Below, piece by piece: positions 38,186 to 51,284 of a DNA stretch of 64,000 nucleotides. Each line of letters begins with the position of its first letter. Within the stretch, counting starts at the first letter, position 1. A program made the translations under genes and the position numbers. The notes below the pieces were generated by a model. That model was not told where the DNA came from, did not search any database, and saw only the letters and a program-made list of their open reading frames with translations. The stretch spans positions 50,231,640 through 50,295,639 of the forward strand of contig NC_068991.1 of NCBI RefSeq assembly GCF_001194135.2, given 5' to 3'. This DNA comes from Octopus bimaculoides. Lineage: Eukaryota.

Positions 38186-38929
38186 TATTTGAGAAGATAT
38201 GCACAATCAGAGTTAGTGGTAGAGGATAGCTGAAAGTACACATATCACATTTTTTTCTCATAATTTATTATCCTGTAGCGAGTTATTGGTCTCATGAGAT
38301 AGTTCTCTATTAGATTCAGGCGAAGTGTATGGGAAGAAGATAGCAATAGTATTTGTTTAATGTCAAAATAAATTTGCATTTATGCGTGTAAGGTTATTTA
38401 AGTGCAAATCAATTCACAATAGAAAACAGAATGTATAATAAAAACCTTGCCTATGAGGAATATTCAGGGAAATTCAAGTTTGCGATCATTCAATAAAATT
38501 ACATTAAATATATATATTTAAAAAAATTAAGTTACGTTAAAGAGAATTTTATTAGAAGAAATATATTCGAGAGAAAGAACACATCACATTACTTTAGTTG
38601 TTAGAATAGTAGACCGCGGTTGAAAATTGATGTAAATTTCCAAATCGTTAGGAACAGAATTCTTAAAAAGCTAATTAGTGGGTAAAACAAAAATGAAGGA
38701 AAGGAAGTAAATAAAAAAATGGAAAAAATGAAGAAAAGGAAGTAAATGAAGAACGGGAAAATATGATCCAAATATTGAATCAATTAATCCTAATTCAGGT
38801 TAGTAGGGACAGGATTTCTAATATTGTTATATAGATGGGTTCATAGGCAGAAATATAATCAAAAGTAACATAACTAAGGTATTTAATTTATCTATTTGTA
38901 CTAGAGTAAGCTATTTATTTCAGATTTCT

Positions 38930-39231
38930 TTTTTGAAAAAATATGAATTATGTTGTTGGGTTTTGTTGTTGTTGTTTTTATTAAAGCGGCTTTTGAGAAA
39001 TTCAAGTCTTTCCTCCCTGCACAAATTGTACATGGGATTCTTTCCATTATACGGAGGAGCACTACCTATTGCATGCCATCCAACAGAATATTTGAAATTA
39101 TTCTCCTTCAATCTACAAATAAATTTGTTTAATGACGCAACGTTTCTTTTATATTTAAAGAAAAAAGTGTATTCATAGATCTGGAAGTGCCTATATAATA
39201 ACATGCTTTTACAGGTGTCGTTACAGAACAT
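38930..39231 (-). pseudogene. Penelope-like GIY-YIG endonuclease C-terminus
   Basis: ASLNKFICRLKENNFKYSVGWHAIGSAPPYNGKNPMYNLCREERLEFLK matches the PLE pattern T.LSK.IW.LK....Y.I.W.I...A.PY.....C.LCL.EK..I. Confidence 0.65.
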
Positions 39232-39949
39232 TTATAAACTGTATTTTACCTTAGACATTGGTTACGGTTCCAACAGTTATATAATTCATTCAGCCTATGG
39301 TTATATGGATTTGTACTTATAAGTGCTGATGTTATTGGTAGTATGAGACATTGGGTGATTAACACCCCTGTATTTTCTTACATCTGACCAGATACATTTG
39401 TTTCATTAAAGTGAACTCAGACATTATATATATTCATAGTAAAGACTAGTTCCTTCCGTTGCTTCGAAGGTTTTCAATTTTCCCGTGTTTAGAGTTGCTA
39501 CAATAGCAATTATGTTCGGTGTTATCGAAAATGAAAATTTTGCAGTAAGCCAAATGAAAATCCTGCTATACTTGTTTGAAAGCCTTAAAGAATTTCCATG
39601 TGTAATTTGTGGCTACATGAGCCACACACGAACCATTATACAAGGTAATCCGTCTTTATATGCCTTAATATTCTTGGGCTGTTCTCATAATTAACATTAG
39701 TGTAGCTATTAGTTAGTATGTTGTCGTTTATAATGTTGCAGGGATAGATGCGTCCCTTCCCCTCTTTCCACAGTTATTCTTATTACCAGAGCTCTCATGG
39801 TATCCCTTTCGCAGACATACCGGACCAATACAGGACATACACAACTATATGTGCTATGCATTTCTTTTGTTTGTTATACTCATTATTATCTGATTTACTT
39901 CTCCTACTAATTCCCAAAAGCTTTTGCGTTTGCTTTTAGTATTTTTTTC

Positions 39950-40090
39950 CTTTGTTTGTTTCAGTTATTAAACAATGGTCATGCATGGACATCGCCTTGA
40001 AGAATTTTTTTACTGGAATGAGTAGGCCCTGGTACTTATTCTATCTGTCACTTTTTCTGAACAACACCGGTTGTCAAGCGGTGGTCACAC

Positions 40091-40144
<54 letters not shown>

Positions 40145-40275
40145 ATCCACAAGACGGACTCCTTTCAGTTTCAAAATCCACTCACAAGACTTTTAGACGG
40201 ACCGAGGATATAATAGAAGACACTTGCTTAAGGTGTCACGCACTGAAACCGGAACCATGTGGTTGTGAAACAAAC
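39950..40275 (-). mobile_element. SINE family B, diverged, with internal (CA)n
   Basis: CCTTTCAGTTTC..AATCCACTCACAAGAC...TAGAAGACACTTGC...GGAACCATGTGGTTG is the reverse complement of family B. Confidence 0.85.
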
Positions 40276-40504
40276 ATGTGTGTGTGTGTGTGTGTGCGTG
40301 TGTGTAAATCATTTGCTGTTAGTAGCGCTAGGAAAGGATGAGACAGGCTTTCTTTTATTACTGACATTAAAAACTTCAAAATTTTTATCATTTCACAGGA
40401 TGTGCATGCGTACACTGCTGCTGCTGCTGTTGTTGTTGTTGTTCTCGTTACTGTTGTTTGCCTTACCTCGTCATGGTTCGAGCTGATATTAGTGCATTCT
40501 GTAA

Positions 40505-40905
40505 GGCGGCGAGCTGGCAGAATCGTCAGGGCGAAATGCTTAGCGATATTTTGTCTGTCGCTACGTTCTGAGTTCAAATTCCGCCGAGGTCGATTTTACC
40601 TTTCATCCTTCCGGGGTCGATTAAATAAGTACCTGTTACGCACTGGGGTCGATGTAATCGACTTAATCCCTTTGTCCCCTCTATGTTTAGCCCTTTGTGG
40701 GCAATAAAGAAATAAGAATCGTTAGTACGCTGGACGAAATGTTTAACGGTTTTCGCCTGTCGCTACGTTCTGAGTTCAAATTCCGCCATGGTTGACTTTA
40801 CCCTTCATCCTTTCGGGGTCGATGAATTAAGTAGTAGTGGAACAGGGGTCGATGTTATCGACTTGTCCCCTAGCCCAACAAATTTCAGGTCTTGTGCCTT
40901 TAGTA
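40505..40905 (+). mobile_element. Head-to-tail pair of SINE family A copies
   Basis: Full copy at 40505-40715, and a 5'-trimmed second copy from AAGAATCGTTAGTACGCTGGACG. Confidence 0.9.
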
Positions 40906-42009
40906 AAAAGGATATTAGTGCATTTTGTCAACAAACCATATTTTTTTACTTTTTTTGAAATACCGCTAAGCATTTGTTTTTTACTTGTTTTATATACTGT
41001 AGTATATTCATTTAAGTTACTCGAAGGTGAGCAGGTCTATGACTTGAAAAAAAAATCTTCGGTTGAATGCAAACACAAAGAGAATTGACAAACATTCCAG
41101 AAAAGACAAACCTTTAGTTCTCACCGTTATGTGAGAGGTTTACGAAATCCAGAATTTCTCAGATGACATTAATTGAAGAATTACAGCTAAGTTCTTAATT
41201 GTGCTTGATTTAAATAGCTATTTTCTTCAAGTTTTCTCTATGACAAAGAAATGAAAGCCTACTTCAACTCTCATGAATGATCAACGTACCGTGAAAAACA
41301 ATCTCTTTGAAAAGTGAGGCCATAAAAGAATTCTTTACATCTGTTTTCACATTTGCTTAAAGTGCCACAGAAGACAATTTAATGTGTATAGTTTACTTGA
41401 TTTAAATTTAACTTTGAGTTTTAAAACAAAAGGTCTGGGTTTTTTTGTTTTTGCTTTTGTTTTTGCTTTTGTTTTTCTTTTTTTTTTTGCAGTCATGCTT
41501 GGTAAATATCCAATGTGCAGAACGATGAATCGCTCATCTTACGTCAAATCCAAAGCAAAATGATTTCGCCTGTGTAGGGGGAATAATAATTTTTAAAATG
41601 TTGTAGTAGTAGTAGTAGTAGAAGAAGAAAGAGGAAGAGGAGAAGGTGGAGGGGTGGATCAGGAAGAGCAGCAGCAGCAGTAGTAGTAGTAGTAGGTGGT
41701 GGGGATATGGTGTCTGTATTTAGTTTGTACCGAAACTGTCTGATATTCTTGTATCGTAGAAGCCAAGGAATCTATTAATTATCAATCAAATATTTTTTTT
41801 TTTCAAAGTAAATAATATTCAAATAATGAGCAAACGGTGGAATTTAAAGTGCTAATTTGATTTTTAATTTGTATTGATCCAATTACGTTGTAACGGCGAA
41901 GCTGAAATGTTAAAACTTCAATAAAATTGCAGTAACTACGTTGCTGACTAATTCAGTGAGATGATGGTAGTGAATAGAATGATCCATCGGGACACCGTGG
42001 TTCGATGGA

Positions 42010-42080
<71 letters not shown>

Positions 42081-42083
42081 GTT

Positions 42084-42365
42084 ATTACCTCCGCCTTCCC
42101 TAAGGCGGAGGTATTGTTGTCAGTCGTGTTTGTTTTTTTGTTTGTCTGTGGACAAGATATCTCAAGAACCGCTGGATGGATTCGGATGAAAATTTCAGGG
42201 ATGTTTTGCCTCGTGAAAATATATGAAATAAACTCGGCTGCTCTCAAACGAGAATTCTAAAAATGAACCCAACTGCTCTCAAAAATTAAATTAAAAAAGC
42301 AGGAAAAATAATCCAGAATCCTTGTCCGGTACCGGATCGAGCCCAAAATCTAATCAGTTTGTGCT
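42084..42365 (+). mobile_element. Non-autonomous Helitron/Helentron-like element (HINE/DINE-1/pearl-like)
   Basis: Perfect 12-bp hairpin TACCTCCGCCTT-ccct-AAGGCGGAGGTA (42086-42113), then a GTTT/GTCT microsatellite core, ACCGCTGGATGGATT..GATGAAA body and the GATCGAGCCCAAAATCTAATCAG end region. Confidence 0.65.
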
Positions 42366-42872
42366 GAGTAGAATATTTGCTGCAGCCCATCTTTTATACC
42401 AAAACAAAACAATGTACATGATAACACTTCCAATCAGTTGAGATCAAAAGCCATGAGATCCACTGCCTGGTACTGCATCAGGGCATTATCATCATCATCA
42501 TCATAAAGTAATAGGATCAAGCTCATCATACTCTAAATCTCACTTAAATAAAGACTTACACTGAATATTGTCAGCTAAGGACACAGTCACCAATTCTACA
42601 TTACGCCAGATCACCTTTACCAAGAGCAAATTTTATGAGTTGGCCCTCGACCTTGCATAAAATATGTGAAACTACATCTCATGTTGTGACGTTTAGTTTC
42701 TGGTCGGCTGTTCGACATTCGATAACTTCGATCAGCTGTGGATCCCGTTGCTTTTGCAGGATATGTGCGTGCGTGTGTGTGTGTGTGTGTGTGTGTGTCT
42801 GTGTGTGTCTCTGTGTGTGTGTGTGTGTGTGTCTGTGTTTATGCATTTGTATATATATATATATATATATAT

Positions 42873-43070
42873 ATTGGTTTCAAATTTTGGAACAAGGCCA
42901 GCGAGTTCGGGATAGAAGTAAGTTGATTACATCGACACCAGTGCTCAATCAGTATTTATTGTATCGACTCCGAAAAGGTGAAAGAATGAATTTGAACTCA
43001 AAATGTAAAGATGGACAACCGTCATGAAGCATTTCGCCCGGTTTGCTAACGATTCTGCCAGCTCACCGTC
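42873..43070 (-). mobile_element. SINE family A
   Basis: GCATTTCGCCCGGTTTGCTAACGATTCTGCCAGCTCACCG is the reverse complement of the family A head. Confidence 0.9.
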
Positions 43071-43141
43071 TTGTATACATACATACATACATACATACAT
43101 ACATACATACATACATACATACATACATGCATACATACATA

Positions 43142-44460
43142 TGAGGTGGTATCAAAAAGTTCCAGGACCAGTTTTGTAGCGCACCAACAGATGACAGCAC
43201 ACGGCTGCTTGCGCAGGGAGAGCTAGCAGTGACGTTCATGAGGTAGTGTGCTAAGTGACATCGCTGTGTTTACTTCGCAAGTTGTGAAATTTGTGTTTGT
43301 GATCACGTGTATGTTGTAATCTGCGATTTTGTCATGAACAAGAAGTTGGAACAAGGAATCAACGTGAAATCTTGCATTAAACTTGGGATGTCTGCTACAG
43401 AGACATTGAGCATGCTTCAACAAGATTACGGCGACGTGGCTATGGGTTGTATGCAATGTTTCGAGTGGTACGGGTGCATCAAAAGTGGAACAATGTCCCT
43501 GGGAAGATGATAAGCGATCTGGAAGACCTGCCAGGAGTGTTACCCCCGGAAATATGGAGACAATTTATCAGCTTGTGCATGAGGATCTTTGAAAGAAAAT
43601 CAACGACATTGCTGATGTTGTTGGTCTGTCATATGGGTCCGTGTATGCAATCCTAACGTATGAATTGAACTTGCGGCGTGTCTCTGCCAAGTTTGCTTCT
43701 CGCCCGCTGACCACTGAGCAGGAGGAACAAAGTCTGTCAAGAACTCCATCAGTGTGCCTCTCATAAATTATCCTTCGTGTCGAGGATAATCACCGGTGAC
43801 GAGAGTAGGGTCTACGGGTACGACCCTGAGACGAAACAGCAGTCGTTACAATAGAAGAGCCCTTCATCTCTGCGACCGAAGAAGGCACGACAGAGTCGCA
43901 GCTCAATCAAGAGCATGGTCATCGTTTTTCTTTTTTTTTTTAGACATCCGCGGTATTGTGCATCGAAAGTTCGTCCCCTAGAGTCAGACGAGATTTAATC
44001 GAGAATTCTACAGCGACGTTTTGAAGCGTCTGAGGGAGGACATTTGGCGAAAGCGACCGGATCTGCGAAGCTCAAAGGATTAGATTCTTCACGACAACAA
44101 TGCACCTTGTCGCTGATCTCTTCCTCAGTCGTGAGTTTCTCGCCAAAAACAACATGGTATTGCTTCCGCACCCGCCCTATTCGTCAGATTTAGCACCTTC
44201 GGACTTCCATTTCTTCCCGAAGCTGAAAATGCAACTCAAAGGTCGCTGTTTTAACACCGTTGTCAAGATCGAGAACAAATCACCTATTGTCCTCGACTCA
44301 TTTGCGGAAAATGATTTCCGGGCCGGATTCCAAAAGTGAAAGGAATGTTGGGACTGGTGTATTGCTGCGCAAGATGACTATTTCGAAGAAGACTATGTTA
44401 AAACTTAGGTAAATAAGTTATTTTTTATTAAACATAACTAGTCCGGAAACTTTTCGATAC
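43142..44460 (+). mobile_element. Mariner (DD34D-type) transposon, near full length, inactive
   Basis: TA followed by TIR TGAGGTGGTATCAAAAAGTTCCAGGAC; the right TIR GTCCGGAAACTTTTCGATAC runs into a gap. Transposase reads EQGINVKSCIKLGMSATETLSML, DDKRSGRP, ITGDESRVYGYDPETKQQS, LHDNNA, LPHPPYSSDLAPSDFHFFPKLK, with stops and frameshifts. Confidence 0.95.
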
Positions 44461-46296
44461 NNNNNNNNNNNNNNNNNNNNNNNNNNNNNNNNNNNNNNNN
44501 NNNNNNNNNNNNNNNNNNNNNNNNNNNNNNNNNNNNNNNNNNNNNNNNNNNNNNNNNNNNNNNNNNNNNNNNNNNNNNNNNNNNNNNNNNNNNNNNNNNN
44601 NNNNNNNNNNNNNNNNNNNNNNNNNNNNNNNNNNNNNNNNNNNNNNATATATATATATATAACGCGCATACATACAAACAAATATATATATATATACACA
44701 TATAATATACGCGCGTGCGCGTGTGTGTACATATATGTACCCATATTCCTCCAGACGCTTTTTAAACCTACCCATTGATTAAGAAGATATTTTGACTGAT
44801 GACTTTATTCACGTGGAAATGATATTTCGACTTGGCAATGGGTGATCACTCGGAATTATTGCACAGAATCCTTAAGAAAACACACACAACGTTAAAATAA
44901 TTATGCCTTTAATTAATGTGGTTTATTAGCTGAAAAAAATACTTCAAAGGATATGAATGAAAATGCAAGCTTAGGTGTAGTAGAGAAAAAGGATTATAAT
45001 TAAAAAGCTAATTTAAGAAGTTAATTACGGCTTTGTAACAAACTTTTGATGATGGCGTTGATGTAGACACCCTTCATCAAAGCTGACAGAGTTCACCCCC
45101 AGGAAAGTTATTCTATAACCATAAATTATGTTACTTTTGGTGTAAGATTATGTTAATCACCGAATTTAATGACTAACCTCTGATATTCAAGTGCTCTGGT
45201 TCTAGTTCCTTCACTGCATCGAAATAACACCTCGTATTCTAAAGTCTTTACTGCTGATTTAGTTTTTTTACCCGCGAAACAAATACAAGGAACATCATCA
45301 GAAGAAAAAATATTGTAGAACACCGGATTTAAAGACAACGTTATAGTATTTAGAGTTGTTATAAATTGCTGTTTCAAGTTCCAGTGTGATCAGCTTTGTT
45401 TCTCAACCCTCCCTCATTCGGAATGTATTGATATAATACCATTAGACTTTATAATACCGCTTGTATTTATGCACATCACTGCTTAGTGCTGTCTCCCTGT
45501 ATTTTATTTACAGCAAGCCGCTGAATAGTATAACTAGTATAACTAGTATAACAGTGACGGGAATATCATAAGAGGGGTCTATCTCTTGGGTCAGTTTGCA
45601 GTGTCTACCTTTCCGATGTCTGTTGCAGCAGAGGAGATAACCACTCCGAAATGCATACATTTAACAGTCTGGTTAGGGATCACTTTGAACTCACTCGGTG
45701 TATTTACGCCTATTTGTCTACAGTGAGAAATTTTCTCCTTGACAAAACACAGTGAATAGCTTTCTTGCAGGTTTGAATATGCCTCAGGTATATTTAAACT
45801 GGTAAAAAGTTTGTATTATATACATCACTATTTAGCGCTGTTACCTCGTCATACCTCTAATATACTGGCGGTATTTAATAGATTTCATTCTGTCCAACAA
45901 TCGTTTACTTTGTCTCAAATAAAGTAAATATGTAATTGCCTGCTTGGTGGTTTGTGGACGTCTTATGTTTGTGTGTTCATGTGTATATGTATGTGCCTAT
46001 GTGTGTTTACACGTACGCGTGTCTGTGTATGTGATATAGTCTTCATGTTACACAATCAAGTAATCTTCAAGCCTTAGAAAAACATTATTCAGATTAAACT
46101 TTTCGATCACTTAAAAATATGTTTGGGACATATCTAACCTGAAAATAGATCATTTTTACTGCGGTTTGCCATGGAGATACTCGCTAGAATTTTTCGTCAC
46201 TGCAATACTACTTTGCATGCCAACCATGTTTATGTTAAGATCAATTCCAAAGTAATTTTAGCCTCAAGTAAGTTTTTAATATTAGTCTCTATTAAA

Positions 46297-46511
46297 GCGG
46301 AGAGCTGGCAGAATCGTTAGCAAGCCGGGCAAAATGCTCAGCGGTATTTCGTCCGTCTTTATAATTCTTAGTTCAAATTCCGCCGAGGTCGATTTTACCT
46401 TTCATCATTCCGGGGATGATAAAATAGGTACCAGTTGAGAACTGGTGTCGATATAATCGACTTATCCCCTCCTCAAAGTTGGTGGCCTTGTGCCACAATT
46501 TGAAACCAATC
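46297..46511 (+). mobile_element. SINE family A
   Basis: GCGGAGAGCTGGCAGAATCGTTAGCAAGCCGGGCAAAATGCTCAGCGGTATTTCG. Confidence 0.9.
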
Positions 46512-46777
46512 TTAGTCTCCATCTGTGTGAATGCGCATTGTGCTGAAACGTCACAAGAACGATCGAAAGCCGGCAGCTTGGCCTCATCATCCCATTCCAC
46601 AATGTGCATATCTATAATACTTAAGTCTTTGATACTTCAGGTCACTAAGCAGCAGAAATGTACCATTGATAAACGTAATTAACACTATAAATAGCGAAAT
46701 TACCGTCTGTTTGACGTAGTGAATCCTAATTGTCATATTTACCAATTAGACGATATCCGCAAGTGGCGTACACCATC

Positions 46778-47085
46778 GCACTTTGAGCAAAAGTCTTCTA
46801 CTATGTCTTCGGGCCGTTCAAAGTCTTGTGAGTAGGTTTGGCAGATGGAAACTGAAACAAACCTGTTGTGTGTGTCTTTTTGTCTATGTTTGTCCTTCAC
46901 TGCTGCATGACAACCGATGTCGGTGTGTTTACGTCCCCGTCATATAGCGGTTCGGCAAAAAGAGACCGATAGAATAAGTACTAGGCCTACAAAGAATAAG
47001 TCCTGGGGTCGATTTATTCGACTAAAGGTGGTGCTCCAGCATGACCGCAGTCAAATGACTGAAACAAGTAAAAGAGTAAAGAGTA
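46778..47085 (+). mobile_element. SINE family B, 5'-truncated
   Basis: GTCTTCTACTATG...GGAAACTGAAAC...GAGACCGATAGAATAAGTACTAGG...GGTGCTCCAGCATGACCGCAGTCAAATGACTGAAAC. Confidence 0.9.
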
Positions 47086-47367
47086 ATATATATANNNNNN
47101 NNNNNNNNNNNNNNNNNNNNNNNNNNNNNNNNNNNNNNNNNNNNNNNNNNNNNNNNNNNNNNNNNNNNNNNNNNNNNNNNNNNNNNNNNNNNNNNNNNNN
47201 NNNNNNNNNNNNNNNNNNNNNNCAATACCAAGTGAAGTGTATCTGGATTCAAGTGAAACTTGATGTTTTGCAATTTAATTTATGTTTGCATCTTGAGATT
47301 TCACCCATATTATTTGGTCGTTATTTCCGTCGTGACTGTTTTTATAAAATGTTGCCCATCTCTTTAA

Positions 47368-47587
47368 CCCTTTAGTGTTCAGATTACTCTGTTAAATGTA
47401 ATACTTTTTCACTCAAATTGTTTTGAATTAATCATGCATTATCTTATAGCTTCAAGGTTTCAGTGATGTGATTGTTTATTTTTAGAATGTCAATGTAGGT
47501 TAGGTGTGAGAGGCTAGATATGGTCAGTTTGAATATAAAACATGTATAATATCTGGGCCAGATACGGCCGGTTTAAACAATAAAGGG
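47368..47587. mobile_element. piggyBac-type MITE with TTAA target-site duplication
   Basis: TTAA|CCCTTTA ... TAAAGGG|TTAA, with TSDs at 47364-47367 and 47588-47591; 220 bp, no ORF. Confidence 0.9.
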
Positions 47588-47958
47588 TTAAAGTGGTTCT
47601 CATGTGCGGTGTTAAGGTTTTGGTGACAACCAATAAGAAATGAAAAGAAAGCTGGTAAAGCGGGAGTCAAAAGGAATTGAAATAATAAGAAAAAGAAACG
47701 TTTTTGAATTACGAATCAGAAACGTCTTGAGAGAGATGGAAAACAATTTAAATCATGTCTCTTAAATATATATACCTTTTCACATAAACACATATATGTA
47801 TATACATCCCTCGCATGTGCACACACACACACGTACACGCACGCACAATCTATATTTGTACGTATACACAGACATGTATAAAGACGCCCACATATATGCG
47901 TAGATATGCGCACACATGCACACATCAGAGCATACAAAAGCACACGTATACAAATACA

Positions 47959-47990
<32 letters not shown>

Positions 47991-49112
47991 AATTGCTTTT
48001 GTTTTTGATTCTTATTGAAATTGATTTTCTTTAAAGAAATCAATAACTGACAAATTTCCTTTCTAATTCCAATTCTGCTGCTTATAAACGAAAAATCGTC
48101 CTTAAACTTTCATTTAATGCCATTATAAAGTATTCTCTGCTCACTACTTTCCCGAAGATACCAGAAAAGAATATTTTGCTGGAATATAAGAATAAAAGAA
48201 TATTCAGCACATTGCTTGCTTTAAATTATGATTTTTTTTAAAAATCTTTATCGACCACATAATTTTATGAACTCTTTCAAAATCTTATACTAATCACATA
48301 AATAGTGATTTGAGCGCATTAAATCTTTTATATTATATTNNNNNNNNNNNNNNNNNNNNNNTATATATATATATATTCAGAGGGTGGGGAGAGAGAGATG
48401 CTGTGATAGATACACCACTATATCGTATCCACAGATAGATGGAGGTGAACAAAGATATGTAGACAGAGACACCTTAGACTATTATATTTAATCAGCTTTC
48501 AAAGAAAAATTCAAACCAAATTAGAAATTATATATTTTATATAATCTAATTTCGGTAAAATAGATATAACTTGAAAATATTAAAAATACATTAATGCCAG
48601 AGTGCCAGGACAGTGTATAAGTTACGCATAGTCTTCACTCTTTTATATTCTTCATTTCTGTTGTTCAAAAAAAGATTCTAAATCATGATATAAATGCCAT
48701 TTGTTTCGGCTTTGTGGGATAATGCAATACGTACAGCTTCATAAATATTTCATATTCTACATATGGCTGTGGAAAATTTATTGATAGGATTACTTTACGG
48801 GAATAACGAAATGCTATCACACTAGCAAACCTCTTCTGAAGTCTGGTTTATGGCAACAGAAATGAATATTTCTAAATTGCTTAGCAAAAATACTGTGTTG
48901 CCTTTCATTACCAATATAATCGAAGATATAATCCTGGAAATGAAAAGAACCAGATTAGTCTGAAAGCGATTTCAAATCTTTTGCTAGAAATGTTTTAAAG
49001 CTTACCAGCATTCTGAATTAAAACTGTTTTCCGCATTAGACGGAATCAGGAATGCGAGCTAACGGGTTTCGAATATGCCAAATTATCATAACGAAGTGTT
49101 GGAAGCATATTT

Positions 49113-49376
49113 TAATTAAGAAATAGAATAATTACACTAATTAGACTATATTCTTGTGACCATTACTAAATAAGGTTAAGTAGCGGCTAATCAAAGCTGT
49201 AACTCAATAAGACCTTTTCTAACTATTAATAAAGGTGATTATCGTTACTAATTAATGAGGGTGATTGTAACCTTGCGTTAAATTGTAGTTATGGTTACCA
49301 CAAGAGAGAGAGAGAGTCCATTAATTATCAGCAATATACTTATAATTATGTAATCAGAAGAAATATTTTATAATTA
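49113..49376. promoter_or_regulatory. Cluster of seven TAATTA homeodomain-type sites (candidate enhancer)
   Basis: TAATTA at 49113, 49129, 49138, 49249, 49322, 49343 and 49371, in a stretch without recognisable TEs. Confidence 0.3.
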
Positions 49377-51251
49377 AGAATATTTTCGTTTGGTACGAAG
49401 TTTAATTCGTGGGTTTGCAGAAAGCAACAGGAAACTATTTATTCCAATGTATTATTCTTTAAAATCCTGAAATAATCAAAACTACCATCTCTTTGCAACA
49501 CGACAGATTTGACGGTCGATATACAGTTAACAACGCACAACAACTAATTATTTTCCATTTTAATTTTATGCTCATCAAATAGTGATTATTAACTCACTTT
49601 ATTATCAAAAATTAATTAGTTCCTTATATAAAGACGAAATTACAAAGACTTGAGTGAAACGAGAAGTAGTTCCCCAAGAATCTGCACTCACGATTTTGAT
49701 TGATGTGAAACGATATAACTATTTAACATTCTCTGTTTAAATCAATCTTTTCATAGACTTTAAATAATCAGTAAATAACCTAAAACAGATAAAATAAATA
49801 GATTAGAAGTCCCACAAAAATGTTTGTATAATAGAAATGGAAGACAGTGGTTCTGCAAGGTTAAATGCAAGAAGGTATTTCTAATGATAGGTTATTGAAT
49901 CAATTGGAATCAGCTTTCAAATCGACACCATCAGAATAGAAAAGATGAAGATGCTGAGAGCGATATCTCTATTTGAATAGACACTTACTGCAGTCCTTCA
50001 ACTACGCATCGAGTCTAAATAGAGAAATTGAACATACTAGACAGTAGGAATATGCTGGAAGCAAGTTATCATTGAGAATCGCTGATACCATTTAGGAGTG
50101 TGTAATATGGCAACTGATTGCATAACAATAAAAACAAGTGAGTTGTTACATCTTAGCTCGAAATGCATTAACTTCTATGACTTCTGTTTGTAATGAATTT
50201 TAGGTATAAAACAATCCTCATTGAAATAGGTATCCTGCGTTTATTAAGAAGTCTGTGTCGGTCCATCTAAACAATCGAACATTAGCAGAGTAAAAGATAT
50301 CTATGCATGTATAGGGGATCAAATTTGATCAGTTATGTAAATTTGTAGGGAGTAAAGCTTCAAGAGAACCTTTTGAACCTCTTTCTAGAAGTTACATATG
50401 TTGAAATATCGAGAGATATCTACCGTTATTTCCTGTATGTACCATATACCCCTTCGTATACTTAATCTTATCGGTTACTTGGTTTAATGGATTAAGTCAT
50501 ATTGCTCTCATTTTTTTGCTTTTAATTTTAATACCCTATAATTGCTTCGTTTTCTATTGCTACTTTATCTTTACGAATAAAATATGTTCCTTTTAATTCA
50601 ATTTCGATTTCCAAAAACAATGTTCGATCAACTGATTAATGTCATATTAACTAAAAACTGATGCACTTCACATTCTTAAAAGTTTTATCAAAAGCAGACA
50701 TAACGAACGACTCCTAGCTTGCAGAAAGCTAAGATATCGTAATGAAATCAACTGTTCCGACCTTTGTAAGTTCTACAAAGGATAGGAAATGAATGCAATC
50801 GTATTACATTAATACACTATTCAATGAGATTATTTCGGTAAAGGAAATAGAAGAGATACAATCATGATTTTAATCATACAATATAGGAAAACATATAGGA
50901 TTTTTCGTGGTTTTGTTTTCAGTTTCAACTTCCGGTTATAAATATTTCACATCATATGACTTGCAGCGCCAGGAATTTTGTGTGTGGCATGAAGAACAAA
51001 AACTGACACTTTCCACGCCCGACACATTACAAACAACAAAACACAGCGTAAAGAATTTGGATGTTCCATTTTATTGAAATATAAATATAAGACACGAATA
51101 TATATATAAATTTCGTTTGTGTGACTACGTACATGTGAGTGTGTATGTGTGTATGCATACATACACACGCGCACGCACACACACACATACACACATACAT
51201 ACATACATCGAGAAAGAGAGAGAGCGTGAGAGATAGAAAGAGAGAGAGCGT

Positions 51252-51284
<33 letters not shown>

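Noticed and set aside
45153-45377. Minus ORF MKQQFITTLNTITLS..., possibly a Tc1 transposase N-terminus
   Set aside because: The similarity is too weak to support and no TIRs were found.
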